Shown here: piece by piece, positions 1 through 10,143 of the stretch
Numbering within the stretch: the stretch's first letter is position 1
Layout: the number at the start of each line of letters is the position of its first letter
Origin: Pseudomonas aeruginosa
GTDB lineage: Bacteria; Pseudomonadota; Gammaproteobacteria; Pseudomonadales; Pseudomonadaceae
Assembly (NCBI RefSeq): GCF_001457615.1
Contig: NZ_LN831024.1
Location: 5,040,001-5,072,000, forward strand
Reading direction: 5' to 3'
Length of the DNA stretch: 32,000 bases
Made by a program: the position numbers and the translations under genes
The notes under the pieces: generated by a model
What the model saw: only the letters and a program-made list of their open reading frames with translations
What the model was told of the DNA's origin: nothing
Database searches by the model: none

Positions 1-68
1 AGGCTGTCCAGTTCCAGACCACCGGGGGCCAGCAATTGCTGGCTGACGGATGACAACAACTCGCTCAT
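1..68 (-). CDS. tldD: TldD-family protease/modulator of gyrase, N-terminal fragment running off the left edge (MSELLSSVSQQLLAPGGLELDS...)
   Basis: The reverse complement of 1..68 starts with ATG and reads MSELLSSVSQQLLAPGGLELDS. Only 22 codons are visible; the call leans on resemblance to TldD N-termini and on gene order. Confidence 0.65.
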   Translation of the reverse strand, partial: MSELLSSVSQQLLAPGGLELDS

Positions 69-70
69 AT

Positions 71-918
71 TCACTCCGTACGCGCCGGCCGCGGTTCGGC
101 CGGCGGGAAAAATCGTCTGTGCGCCACCACCGGCATGCGCCGGCGGATATCCGCCTGTTCTGCGGCGTCGCGCACCGCCAGCAGCACCGCTTCGCCCTGC
201 GGCCGCTCGGCCAGGACCCGGCCCCAGGGATCGACGATGGCCGAATGGCCGAACGTCTCCCGGCCCCGTGGGTGAACGCCACCCTGTCCGGCCGCCAGCA
301 GGTAGCACTGGGTCTCGATGGCACGGGCGCGGACCAGTACCTGCCAGTGCGCCGCGCCGGTCACCGCGGTGAACGCCGACGGCGCCGTGATCAGTTCCGC
401 GCCGGCCTCGCGCAGGGCGGTATAGAGCTCCGGAAAACGCAGGTCGTAGCAGACCGTCAGGCCGAGGCGGCCGACCGGCGTATCCGCCACCACGATCTTC
501 TGACCGAAAGCATAGTCGTCGGATTCACGATAGCGGCCCCGCGCATCGGCTACATCCACATCGAACAGGTGCAGCTTGTCGTAGCGGGCGACCCGCTCTC
601 CGTGCTCGTCGATCAGCAGCGAACAGGCATTCGCCTTCGCCTCGGGTTGCCCATCCGGCGGCAGCGGCAACGTTCCGGCGACTATCCACAACCTGAGGTC
701 GCGAGCGGCGGAATTCAACCACGGCAGGATAGGCCCGTTCCCCGCGCCTCGGCGCGCCCCAGTTCGGCCAGGTCGCGCCGGCCCATGGCGGCGAAGTTTT
801 CCGGTAGCACGGCGAGCCGCGCCCCGCCCTCGGCGGCCTGTTCCAGCAGGCGACGGGCGGCGGCCAGGTTGGCCGTCACGTCGTCCTGGCTGACCATCTG
901 GATCACGGCAATGGACAT
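71..918 (-). pseudogene. Carbon-nitrogen hydrolase (nitrilase/omega-amidase-like), interrupted by an apparent 1-nt deletion near 734-736
   Basis: ORF 715..957 carries the N-terminus from M at 918 (GGAGG upstream): MSIAVIQMVSQDDVTANLAAARRLLEQAAEGGARLAVLPENFAAMG. ORF 71..718 continues the family in another frame: YDKLHLFDV, VCYDLRFPELY. The nitrilase Glu/Lys/Cys triad elements are all present but split over two frames. Confidence 0.85.
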
Positions 919-967
919 GGTTTCCTCCTTGCGGACGAAAGCGCCGCGTCGCGGCACCGGGCGCCGC

Positions 968-3900
968 TCAGCGGGGCTTCTCGAATGGCTTGTCGAAGCT
1001 GATCTTCGGATCCTGCCAGGGGCCCTTGACGCTGTATTGCACGCTGGCGAAGCGCGAGACCCGGTCGCCGAGCAGCTTGTCGACGACGAAGACCGCGCCG
1101 CCGACTGCCGGACCGCCGACTATCAGTGCCGCCAGGGTCAGGTTGTTGGTCAATGGCAAGGTCACCAGCAGCTTGGCGTCGATCCGATCGTGAGCCAGGT
1201 CCAGGGTACCGTTCAACTCCAGGTTGCTCGACGGCCCTTCCAGCTTCAGCGGCTCGCGGGTGACGTAGACGCCGTCGGTGGCGGAGAGAACCCCCTTCAC
1301 CCGGTCATAGCTCAGTCCCTTGCCGAGGATGTCCGAGAAATCCAGGCGCAGCCGGCGGTTGATCGCGTTGAAATTGAGCAGGCCAAACACTCGCAGCGCC
1401 TGGGCGCTGCCTTCGACCTCGACGAACTGCCCCTTGCGCAGCGATGCATCCATGCTGCCGCTGAAGCGCTTCAGGGCCATGTAGGCCGGCGATCCCGGCC
1501 ACTGGCCGTTGATATCCATGCGGAAACGTTCGCTGGTGGCACTCGGCGCGAAATTCCAGGCCTTGAGCACATCCGCCAGGTTCTTGCCCTCGATCCGGCC
1601 CTGATAGGTGCTGCGGGTATTGCCCGGACTGCCGTCCCAACGCAGGCTGCCGTTGACGTGCAGGCCACGCAGGTCGAGGTCCAGGTCGTTGAACGCCACG
1701 CCGTTGCTGCCCGGCCGTACCTTCAGGCTCCAGGCGCCCAGCGGCTGGCCGCCGAGGGCGACCTGGCCGATCTTCACGTCTACCGCCGGCAGGCTGCGCG
1801 GATCGACGGCGGCCAGCGGGTCCGAGTCCTCCACCTTGTTCTCGTCGGGAAGGGTCGACTTCGGCAGGTTCAGGCGGTCCAGATCGACCACGATCGGCGC
1901 GCCCCTGGCATCCGGCAGGACCAGGCGCCCCGATGCGAGGTCGCTGACCAGCACCAGTTGCCAGGCCCGCTCCTGGCGGGCCAGGTCGACGGTCAGGTTC
2001 TTCAGCTCCTGGCCGAAGCCCTTGAAGCTGTCGATGCGCAGGTCGGCGCCGCGCAGCAGGCCCGCAGCGCTACTGGCGGCCTGGTCGCCGTTGCCGTAGC
2101 GCTTCAGGGTGGCCTGCCAGGCGTCCCAGTCCAGTTCCGCCAGACGCCCGCGCACCCGCAGCCCCTGTGCCGAGGGCAGCAACGCCGGGTCACCGCCCAG
2201 GCGCAGGGCGCCGCGTCCGTTCAGCGGCTTGTCCGCCGGGGCCGCATAGGCCAGGCTGGCGAGGCCGTCGTAACGCGCCCAGTAACGTCGTTCGGCGCCA
2301 TCCAGGGTCATCCGCCATTGGGTCGGCCGCGCCTGGGCGGCCGTCTTGCCGAACGGCGCCGGCAGGTCGACGACGGCGCCCTTGAGATCCGAATCGATCT
2401 GCAATTGGCTGTCCTTGCCATCCAGCAGCAGGTTGAGCTGGAACGGCAGGCGTCCCGAGACCGGCAACGGACGCTGGCCAGCGCCGAGCCAGTCGCTCAG
2501 CGACTTGACCGCCACCTGGCCGTTGAGCAGCAAGCGCGTGCGCGCATCGCCGCGCCCCTCGGCGACGATCCGCCCGCGTACCTCGTTGCCCAGCACCCGG
2601 GCCTGCACCGCCGGGGCGCTCAGGCCCTTGGCCAGGTCGAACCGGAAGTCGCCCTTCACTTCGCTCATATCCAGCTTCGGACTGGGCATCTTCAGGGTCG
2701 CGCCCACGGTGGAGAAATCCACGACCACCCCGGTCTTGCCGGCCTCGTCGTGGTCCAGCGGAATATCCAGCTTCAGGTGGCCCTGCAAGGGCCCATCGCC
2801 CTCCCAGCCGGCGAAGATCTTGCGGGTCGGGATCGGCGCTTCCTGGAGCAGCTTGATGCCGTCCTTCAGGTTACTGTCGACGGCCCCATCCACATACAGG
2901 TGCGGCGTCTGTCCCGGACGGCCGAGGGGAATGTCGACCTTGACGTCGCTGACCCGGGAATTCAGCAGATTCCCGCTGGAGGCCAGCACGCGGACTCCGG
3001 AATCCTCGACGAACACCTCGCCGACCGTTTTGCTCAAGGCGGGCCAGCCGGGCTGGTAGGCCAGCTCGCCGTCGCGGACCTTGAAGTAGAGGTTCATGAC
3101 GTGGGCTTCGGCCGCCGCGCCGCGGTTCAGCGAGCCCTGCCACTGGAAGTAGCCCTGCTCGACATGGCCACTGCGGATCGCCGTCTTCAACCAGTTCGCC
3201 AGGCTTTTGTTCATTCCCGGCAACTGGGTCGGCAGGTACTTGGCGGTGAAGCGCGCGTCGCCGTCGCTGAGGCCGACCTGCAGGTCCATGTAGTCTTCAG
3301 CGCCGGGATCGCGCATCAGGCGGATCAGCATGTCGCCGGCCAGGCTGCCCTCCTCGCCCTCGACCCGCATCAGGTGGCTGCCGAGGGTGAAGGCGCGGTC
3401 GTCCAGGCTCCAGAACATCCGCGTGCGAGCCTCGCGGTAGCGCCACGGCTCGGGAAATACCTTGGCCAGGTGCAGCATGAAATCCTGCGCCGATGCGTCG
3501 AGCTGGCCTCCGGCCAGGGTGCCGGTCAAGGTGCCGCTGACGTTTTCCACCGCCGGGACCTCATGGAACGCCGAGATACCGACCTTTTCCAGGTTGGTTG
3601 CGTAGCTGACCCGCTCGGGCACCTCTCGCTGCGGCCAGAAATCGGCGTTCAGGTTGTGCAGGATGCCCTTCGGCTTCAGGCCCGCCACCCACTCCGCCGC
3701 CGCGTCCGGCAGCGGCGCCAGCGCTTCTATCGCCGGCACCAGGGGCGTCAGGTCGACGCGGTCGGCCTGCAGCTTCCAGTGTGGCTCGTTGTTCTGCTGG
3801 TCGCGACGCAACAGTAACTCCACCTCGCCCCAGCGCTGCTCGCCGAAATTCGCCGCCAGGTCGCCGACCCGAACCTTCCAGCCCTGCGCTTCGCGATCGA

Positions 3901-4807
3901 AGAACAGGTTCATGCCCAGGTCGTTGATTTCCACCGGCTTGCGCGCGGCATACGACGCCTTCAACTGCGGCGCCAGCAGCCGTGCCACCAGCCGTTGCGC
4001 CTTGCCGTCGCGCCAGTCGAACCAGAAGTCGCCGCCGGCCTTGGCCCGGACGATCGTCCATTCCTGGGTCAGACCGGCCGGCAACCATTGTGCCCAGTCG
4101 CTCTGCGGCAGGCTGAGATAGAACCTGGCGCTGCTGCGCGGCCAGTCCTCACTGTCGATCCGCCCTTCGGCGTGCAGCGCCAGGGGTTGGCCATCCGGCA
4201 GTTGCAGGCGGGCATCGAGACTCTGCCCACCAACCGATGAACTGCGCAGGGTCGCGCCGACCGCGCTGAGCGACAACGCTGCGCTTCCCCGCGGCGCCAC
4301 CTCCAGTTGACTGTCCAGCAGCGAGATGCGTTGGGTCTGCAGCAGGAATTGCAGGAGTTTCCGGGGATCGCTGGGCTTGTCACTGTGCGGCAGGCCATCC
4401 AGGCTCCACTGGCCATCCTCGCCTTCGCGCAGGGTCAGCTTGAGTCCCTCCAGCTCCAGGCTGCCGATCCGCACCTGGCGCGCCAGCAGGCTGCCGAGCA
4501 GGTCCGGCGCCAGCCGCACCCGCGCCAGGCGCAGACTCTGTTCGCCGTCGCCGACCTGAATGTCGCGCGCTACCACCAGAGGCTCGAAGCCGCGCCAGGA
4601 GCCCGTCAGCTCGGCAATCCGCACCGGTATGCCGAGTTGCTTGCCAGCTTCGTCCTCCAGCTGCTGGCGGTATTCGGCCACCAGCGGCACCAGTTGCCGG
4701 CCAAGGCTGACGTACAGCGCCAGCAGCACCAGTACCAGGGCGCACAGACCCAGGACGATCCGTAGCAGTCGCGTTCCGAGGCTTCCCACATCCGCCATTT
4801 CAGCCAT
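968..4807 (-). CDS. yhdP: YhdP-like large AsmA-superfamily inner-membrane/periplasmic protein (1279 aa)
   Basis: Full-length ORF with an N-terminal TM segment (LLRIVLGLCALVLVLLALYVSLG) and a long beta-rich body. The C-terminal LNFNAINRRLRLDFSDILGKGLSYDRVKG stretch is typical of YhdP. An alternative start is M at 4798. Confidence 0.88.
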   Translation of the reverse strand: MAEMADVGSLGTRLLRIVLGLCALVLVLLALYVSLGRQLVPLVAEYRQQLEDEAGKQLGIPVRIAELTGSWRGFEPLVVARDIQVGDGEQSLRLARVRLAPDLLGSLLARQVRIGSLELEGLKLTLREGEDGQWSLDGLPHSDKPSDPRKLLQFLLQTQRISLLDSQLEVAPRGSAALSLSAVGATLRSSSVGGQSLDARLQLPDGQPLALHAEGRIDSEDWPRSSARFYLSLPQSDWAQWLPAGLTQEWTIVRAKAGGDFWFDWRDGKAQRLVARLLAPQLKASYAARKPVEINDLGMNLFFDREAQGWKVRVGDLAANFGEQRWGEVELLLRRDQQNNEPHWKLQADRVDLTPLVPAIEALAPLPDAAAEWVAGLKPKGILHNLNADFWPQREVPERVSYATNLEKVGISAFHEVPAVENVSGTLTGTLAGGQLDASAQDFMLHLAKVFPEPWRYREARTRMFWSLDDRAFTLGSHLMRVEGEEGSLAGDMLIRLMRDPGAEDYMDLQVGLSDGDARFTAKYLPTQLPGMNKSLANWLKTAIRSGHVEQGYFQWQGSLNRGAAAEAHVMNLYFKVRDGELAYQPGWPALSKTVGEVFVEDSGVRVLASSGNLLNSRVSDVKVDIPLGRPGQTPHLYVDGAVDSNLKDGIKLLQEAPIPTRKIFAGWEGDGPLQGHLKLDIPLDHDEAGKTGVVVDFSTVGATLKMPSPKLDMSEVKGDFRFDLAKGLSAPAVQARVLGNEVRGRIVAEGRGDARTRLLLNGQVAVKSLSDWLGAGQRPLPVSGRLPFQLNLLLDGKDSQLQIDSDLKGAVVDLPAPFGKTAAQARPTQWRMTLDGAERRYWARYDGLASLAYAAPADKPLNGRGALRLGGDPALLPSAQGLRVRGRLAELDWDAWQATLKRYGNGDQAASSAAGLLRGADLRIDSFKGFGQELKNLTVDLARQERAWQLVLVSDLASGRLVLPDARGAPIVVDLDRLNLPKSTLPDENKVEDSDPLAAVDPRSLPAVDVKIGQVALGGQPLGAWSLKVRPGSNGVAFNDLDLDLRGLHVNGSLRWDGSPGNTRSTYQGRIEGKNLADVLKAWNFAPSATSERFRMDINGQWPGSPAYMALKRFSGSMDASLRKGQFVEVEGSAQALRVFGLLNFNAINRRLRLDFSDILGKGLSYDRVKGVLSATDGVYVTREPLKLEGPSSNLELNGTLDLAHDRIDAKLLVTLPLTNNLTLAALIVGGPAVGGAVFVVDKLLGDRVSRFASVQYSVKGPWQDPKISFDKPFEKPR

Positions 4808-4812
4808 ACGCC

Positions 4813-6270
4813 TCAGAGCAGGACCACGTCATATTGCTCCTGCGAGTACATCGCCTCGACCTGGAACTTGATGGTGCGGCCGATGAACGCCTCGAGATCG
4901 GCGACGTTACCCGACTCCTCGTCGAGCAGCCGGTCCACCACCTTCTGGTTGGCCAGCACCAAGTAGGAGTCGGCCTGGTAGGCACGCGCCTCGCGGAGGA
5001 TCTCACGGAAAATCTCGTAGCAGGTGGTTTCCGCAGTCTTCAGCATGCCGCGTCCCTGGCAGCAGGGGCACGGCTCGCAGAGGATCTGCACCAGGCTTTC
5101 GCGGGTGCGCTTGCGGGTCATCTGCACCAGGCCCAACTCGGTGATGCCGATGATGTTGGTCTTCGCGTGGTCGCGCTCCAGTTGCTTCTCCAGGGTGCGC
5201 AGGACCTGCCGGCGATGCTCCTCGTCCTCCATGTCGATGAAGTCGATGATGATGATCCCGCCCAGGTTGCGCAGGCGCAGCTGGCGGGCGATCGCGGTGG
5301 CCGCCTCGAGGTTGGTCTTGAAGATGGTTTCCTCGAGGTTGCGATGGCCGACGAAGGCGCCGGTGTTCACGTCGATGGTGGTCATCGCCTCGGTCGGATC
5401 GACGATCAGGTAGCCGCCGGACTTCAGCAGTACCTTGCGCTCCAGGGCTTTCTGGATTTCGTCCTCGACGCCGTAGAGATCGAAGATCGGTCGCTCGCCC
5501 GGGTAGTGTTCGAGGCGATCGGAAATCTCCGGCATCAATTCTTCGACGAAGGAAGTGATCTTCTGGAAGTTCTCTCGCGAGTCGATGCGGATCTTCTCGA
5601 TCCGCGGGTTCACCAGGTCGCGCAGGGTACGGATCGCCAGGGACAGGTCTTCGTAGATCACCGAAGGCGCGCCGACGGTCTGGATCTGCGCGGCGATCTG
5701 GTCCCATAGCCGGCGAAGGTAGCGGATGTCGGCGAGAATCTCGTCCTCGCCCGCGCCTTCCGCGGCGGTGCGCAGGATGAAGCCGCCCTGCCCCTCGATG
5801 CCTTCCGCCGCCACGCAGTCGGCCACCACCTTCTTCAGGCGCTCGCGCTCGACTTCGTCCTCGATCCGCAGGGATATCCCGACATGACTGGTGCGCGGCA
5901 TGTACACCAGATAGCGCGAAGGAATCGACAGGTGGGTGGTCAGCCGTGCGCCCTTGGTGCCGATCGGATCCTTGGTCACCTGCACCACCAGCGCCTGCCC
6001 CTCATGGACCAGGGCACTGATGCTTTCCACGGCACTGCCTTCGCGATTGGATATCTCGGCGGCATGGATGAACGCCGCACGTTCCAGGCCGATGTCGACG
6101 AACGCCGCCTGCATCCCCGGCAGTACCCGTACCACCCGCCCCTTGTAGATATTGCCGACGATGCCGCGCCGCTGGGTGCGTTCGACATGCACTTCCTGCA
6201 GGACGCCGTTTTCCACCACCGCCACGCGCGACTCCATCGGCGTGATATTGATCAGGATCTCTTCGCTCAT
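4813..6270 (-). CDS. rng: Ribonuclease G (485 aa)
   Basis: MSEEILINITPMESRVAVVENGVLQEVHVERTQRRGIVGNIYKGRVVRVLPGMQAAFVDIG (S1 domain) plus catalytic-domain GGIIIIDFIDMEDEEHRRQVL and zinc-link CEPCPCCQGRG. Confidence 0.97.
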   Translation of the reverse strand: MSEEILINITPMESRVAVVENGVLQEVHVERTQRRGIVGNIYKGRVVRVLPGMQAAFVDIGLERAAFIHAAEISNREGSAVESISALVHEGQALVVQVTKDPIGTKGARLTTHLSIPSRYLVYMPRTSHVGISLRIEDEVERERLKKVVADCVAAEGIEGQGGFILRTAAEGAGEDEILADIRYLRRLWDQIAAQIQTVGAPSVIYEDLSLAIRTLRDLVNPRIEKIRIDSRENFQKITSFVEELMPEISDRLEHYPGERPIFDLYGVEDEIQKALERKVLLKSGGYLIVDPTEAMTTIDVNTGAFVGHRNLEETIFKTNLEAATAIARQLRLRNLGGIIIIDFIDMEDEEHRRQVLRTLEKQLERDHAKTNIIGITELGLVQMTRKRTRESLVQILCEPCPCCQGRGMLKTAETTCYEIFREILREARAYQADSYLVLANQKVVDRLLDEESGNVADLEAFIGRTIKFQVEAMYSQEQYDVVLL

Positions 6271-6303
6271 GCGTCCACTGTCCTTATTTCGGCGCGTTAG
6301 GCG

Positions 6304-6909
6304 TTACGGCGGGTTGCCACCCACGGGCTGCCAGCAAGGGATGCCGAATTCCCTCAACAGTTCCGCAGTTTCACACAAAGGCAGCCCGACCACCGCACTG
6401 TAACTGCCTTCGATGCGGCTGACGAATATCGCTCCGAGGCCCTGGATCGCATATCCGCCCGCCTTGTCCGCCGGCTCGCCGCTCTGCCAGTAGCGCAGCG
6501 CTTCTTCCGGGGCGACCTGGCGGAAGCGCACCCGGCACTCCACTACCCGCGCCTCGACGCCGCCAGCGGCGGCCAGGGCCACGGCGGTGAGAACCTGGTG
6601 TTCGCGCCCGGACAGCGCAGCCAGCATGGCCAGCCCCTCGGCCTGGTCCACGGGCTTGCCGAGAATTCGCCCGTCGATCACCACCGAGGTATCCGCGCCC
6701 AGGACATAACCGTCCTCGCCGCGCCCTTCCAGCATAGCCAGCCCGGCGGCCGCCTTGCCGCGCGCCAGGCGCTCGACGTAGGCGGCGGGCGCTTCGTTCG
6801 GCAAGGGGGACTCGTCGATAGCGGTGGCGAGCACGGACAGCGGAACGCCGATCTGGGTCAGCAGTTCACGGCGACGGGGCGAGGCGGAGGCGAGATACAG
6901 CGACGGCAT
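6304..6909 (-). CDS. maf: Maf-family nucleoside triphosphate pyrophosphatase (201 aa)
   Basis: [21 protein letters not shown]; [16 protein letters not shown]; [26 protein letters not shown]. Confidence 0.93.
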   Translation of the reverse strand: MPSLYLASASPRRRELLTQIGVPLSVLATAIDESPLPNEAPAAYVERLARGKAAAGLAMLEGRGEDGYVLGADTSVVIDGRILGKPVDQAEGLAMLAALSGREHQVLTAVALAAAGGVEARVVECRVRFRQVAPEEALRYWQSGEPADKAGGYAIQGLGAIFVSRIEGSYSAVVGLPLCETAELLREFGIPCWQPVGGNPP

Positions 6910-6997
6910 GGAGGCTCCCGGGAAACGCGTCGGGCGATGCGCCGATCACCCGTTTCGAAGAATGACGTATCCGCCGCAGCATAGCTGCGAAGCGGAC

Positions 6998-7492
6998 CTA
7001 CCTCACGTTGAGACGCAGGCGGACGAACTGCAGCAGGGCGTACACCCAGGGCCAGAGCAGCGCGCTGACCAGGGCCGGAAGCAGGAAGGTCAGGGTCGGC
7101 GGGCGATTGCCGGTCAGGGCGTTGAGCCAGAGCTGGAGCAGTTGCGCCAGGCCGTAGACCACCACCAGCACCAGGCACTGCTGCCAGGCCGGGAACATGC
7201 GCAGGCGCTGGTGCAGGGACAGCACGAGGAAGGTGATCAGGCCGAGGATCAGCGCGTTCTGCCCGAGCAGGTTGCCGTAGAGCACGTCCTGGGCCAGGCC
7301 GAGCAGCCAGGCGGTGACCATCCCGACGCGCTCGGGCAGCAGCAACACCCAGTAGGTCAGCAGCATCGCCAGCCACAGCGGGCGGCCGATCTCGGTGAAG
7401 GTAGGCATCGGCGCTACGGCCAGCACCAGCCCGACCAGCAGGCTCAGCCAGATCACCCAGACATTGTTCGAACCCTGGGTCGCGCGAGCCAT
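6998..7492 (-). CDS. mreD: Rod shape-determining protein MreD (164 aa)
   Basis: Polytopic ORF (WLSLLVGLVLAVAPMP...LLLPERVGMVTAWLLGLAQDVLYGNLLGQNALILGLITFLVL) directly downstream of mreC, with overlapping stop and start codons. Confidence 0.95.
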   Translation of the reverse strand: MARATQGSNNVWVIWLSLLVGLVLAVAPMPTFTEIGRPLWLAMLLTYWVLLLPERVGMVTAWLLGLAQDVLYGNLLGQNALILGLITFLVLSLHQRLRMFPAWQQCLVLVVVYGLAQLLQLWLNALTGNRPPTLTFLLPALVSALLWPWVYALLQFVRLRLNVR

Positions 7493-8532
7493 CAGCGGCG
7501 CCCCCCGTTGGCCGCCGGAGCGGCAGGCTGCGTGGGAGCTGGCGCGGGCGCGGCGGCGGGCTGCTGCGCAGCGCCCTGGGCTGCCGGGGTGGCCGGCGAC
7601 GGCGCGGCGGCCGGTTGCGCGGCAGGCTGGGGCGCCTGGGCGCCGGCGGCGGCTTTCTTGTCCGCCTCTTCCTGGGCCTCGGCGGCGTCGTTGGCGCGCT
7701 GTTCCGGGGTGCGACTGTCGCTGAACACCAGCAGCACGTAGCGGCTACGGTTCATCTTCGCGGTCGGCACCGCGCGCACCACGGCGAACGGCTGGCCGGA
7801 ATCGTGGATCACTTCCTTGACCGTGGCCACCGGATAGCCGGCGGGGAAGCGTTGCCCCAGGCCGGAGCTGACCAGTAGGTCGCCTTCCTTGATGTCGGCG
7901 GTGTCGGCGACGTAGCGCAATTCCAGACGCTCGGGATTGCCGGTACCGACGGCGATGGCGCGCAGGCCGTTGCGATTGACCTGCACCGGGATACTGTGGG
8001 TGGTGTCGGTGAGCAGCAGGACCCGCGCGGTATAGGGCATCACCTCGACCACCTGGCCCATCAGGCCGCTGGCATCGAGCACCGGCTGGCCGACGAAGAC
8101 GCCGTCGTTCTCGCCCTTGTCGATCATGATGCGTTGGGTGAAGGGGTTCGGATCGACGCCGATCAGCTCGCTGACCAGTACCTTGTCGTCGACCAGCGCG
8201 GCGGAATTGAGCAGCTCGCGCAGGCGCACGTTCTGCTCGGTGAGCGCGGCGAGTTTCTGCACCCGGCGCTGCATCAGCAGGGACTCGGCCTTGAGGCGTT
8301 CGTTCTCGGCGATCAGCTCGCTACGGCTGCTGAACTGGTCGCGCACGCCTTCCCAGGCGCGCACCGGCATTTCCGCCAGGCCGTAGAAAGGCGTGAGCAC
8401 CATCCCCAGCTTGCTACGGACGGGCTCCAGATAGTCGAACCGGGCGTCCACCACCATCAGGCTGACCGACAGCACGGCCAGCACCAACAGGCGAACGCCC
8501 AGCGACGGGCCTTTGGAGAATAGCGGTTTGAT
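7492..8532 (-). CDS. mreC: Rod shape-determining protein MreC with Ala/Pro-rich C-terminal tail; proposed start is an ATC codon at 8532-8530
   Basis: The body matches MreC (GIDPNPFTQRIMIDKGENDGVFVGQPVLDASGLMGQV). The ORF caller starts at TTG 8487, but the in-frame upstream sequence reads IKPLFSKGPSLGVRL, like the E. coli MreC N-terminus MKPIFSRGPSLQIRL. There is no ATG/GTG/TTG between that and the TAG at 8544. Identity is secure; the start is uncertain. Confidence 0.93.
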   Translation of the reverse strand: MKPLFSKGPSLGVRLLVLAVLSVSLMVVDARFDYLEPVRSKLGMVLTPFYGLAEMPVRAWEGVRDQFSSRSELIAENERLKAESLLMQRRVQKLAALTEQNVRLRELLNSAALVDDKVLVSELIGVDPNPFTQRIMIDKGENDGVFVGQPVLDASGLMGQVVEVMPYTARVLLLTDTTHSIPVQVNRNGLRAIAVGTGNPERLELRYVADTADIKEGDLLVSSGLGQRFPAGYPVATVKEVIHDSGQPFAVVRAVPTAKMNRSRYVLLVFSDSRTPEQRANDAAEAQEEADKKAAAGAQAPQPAAQPAAAPSPATPAAQGAAQQPAAAPAPAPTQPAAPAANGGRR

Positions 8533-8563
8533 GATCCGCTCCTAGGCGACGATGCTCGCCACC

Positions 8564-9613
<1,050 letters not shown>

Positions 9614-9660
9614 CTAGGCGAAGCGTGGGTGAAAAATACGCGGGTAAAAAAGTGCGGCAA

Positions 9661-9689
9661 ACTCTAACAACGACGGGGATTTTGGGCAA
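9661..9689 (-). promoter_or_regulatory. Candidate sigma70-type promoter for mreBCD
   Basis: Minus strand reads TTGCCC (9689-9684), a 17-nt spacer, then TAGAGT (9666-9661), about 60 nt upstream of the mreB ATG in the divergent mreB/gatC region. Confidence 0.35.
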
Positions 9690-9840
9690 GGCGGGCAATA
9701 TGCTAAATTGCAGGCTTTTCCCGGCCCCACAAGGCCCGTCCAGGCGGAATTAGACCGCCGACCGCGGCATCCGTTCCCTGCCTTATATAACGCATGGCGC
9801 CCCGCCGCCCTTCCAAGGCCGCTTTTGCTGGAGACTCCCG

Positions 9841-10131
9841 ATGGCGCTTGAACGCTCCGACGTGGAAAAAATCGCCCATCTCGCCCGCCTGGGCCTGAGC
9901 GAGGCCGATCTTCCGCGCACCACCGAGACCCTGAACAACATCCTCGGCCTGATCGACCAGATGCAGGCGGTCGACACCAGCGGCGTCGAACCGCTCGCCC
10001 ATCCGCTGGAAGCCACCCAGCGCCTGCGCCCGGACGCGGTCACCGAGACCGATCACCGCGACGCCTACCAGACCATCGCCCCCGCCGTGGAAGAAGGTCT
10101 GTACCTGGTTCCGAAAGTCATCGAGTCATAA
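9841..10131 (+). CDS. gatC: Asp-tRNA(Asn)/Glu-tRNA(Gln) amidotransferase subunit C (96 aa)
   Basis: [55 protein letters not shown]...; first gene of a gatCAB cluster. Confidence 0.97.
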   Translation: MALERSDVEKIAHLARLGLSEADLPRTTETLNNILGLIDQMQAVDTSGVEPLAHPLEATQRLRPDAVTETDHRDAYQTIAPAVEEGLYLVPKVIES

Positions 10132-10143
10132 GGACGCGGACAC

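Noticed and set aside
50-3817. 1255-aa plus-strand ORF opposite yhdP and the nitrilase gene
   Set aside because: Composition is Gln/Arg/Ala/His-rich with no domain signature, and it is antisense to a well-supported AsmA-family gene. This is a typical shadow ORF in high-GC DNA with strong GC3 bias.
7519-7660. Repetitive GGC/GCC-rich stretch near the mreC 3' end considered as a repeat array
   Set aside because: It is simply the coding sequence for the Ala/Pro-rich MreC tail, with no regular unit length, so it is not CRISPR or a tandem repeat array.
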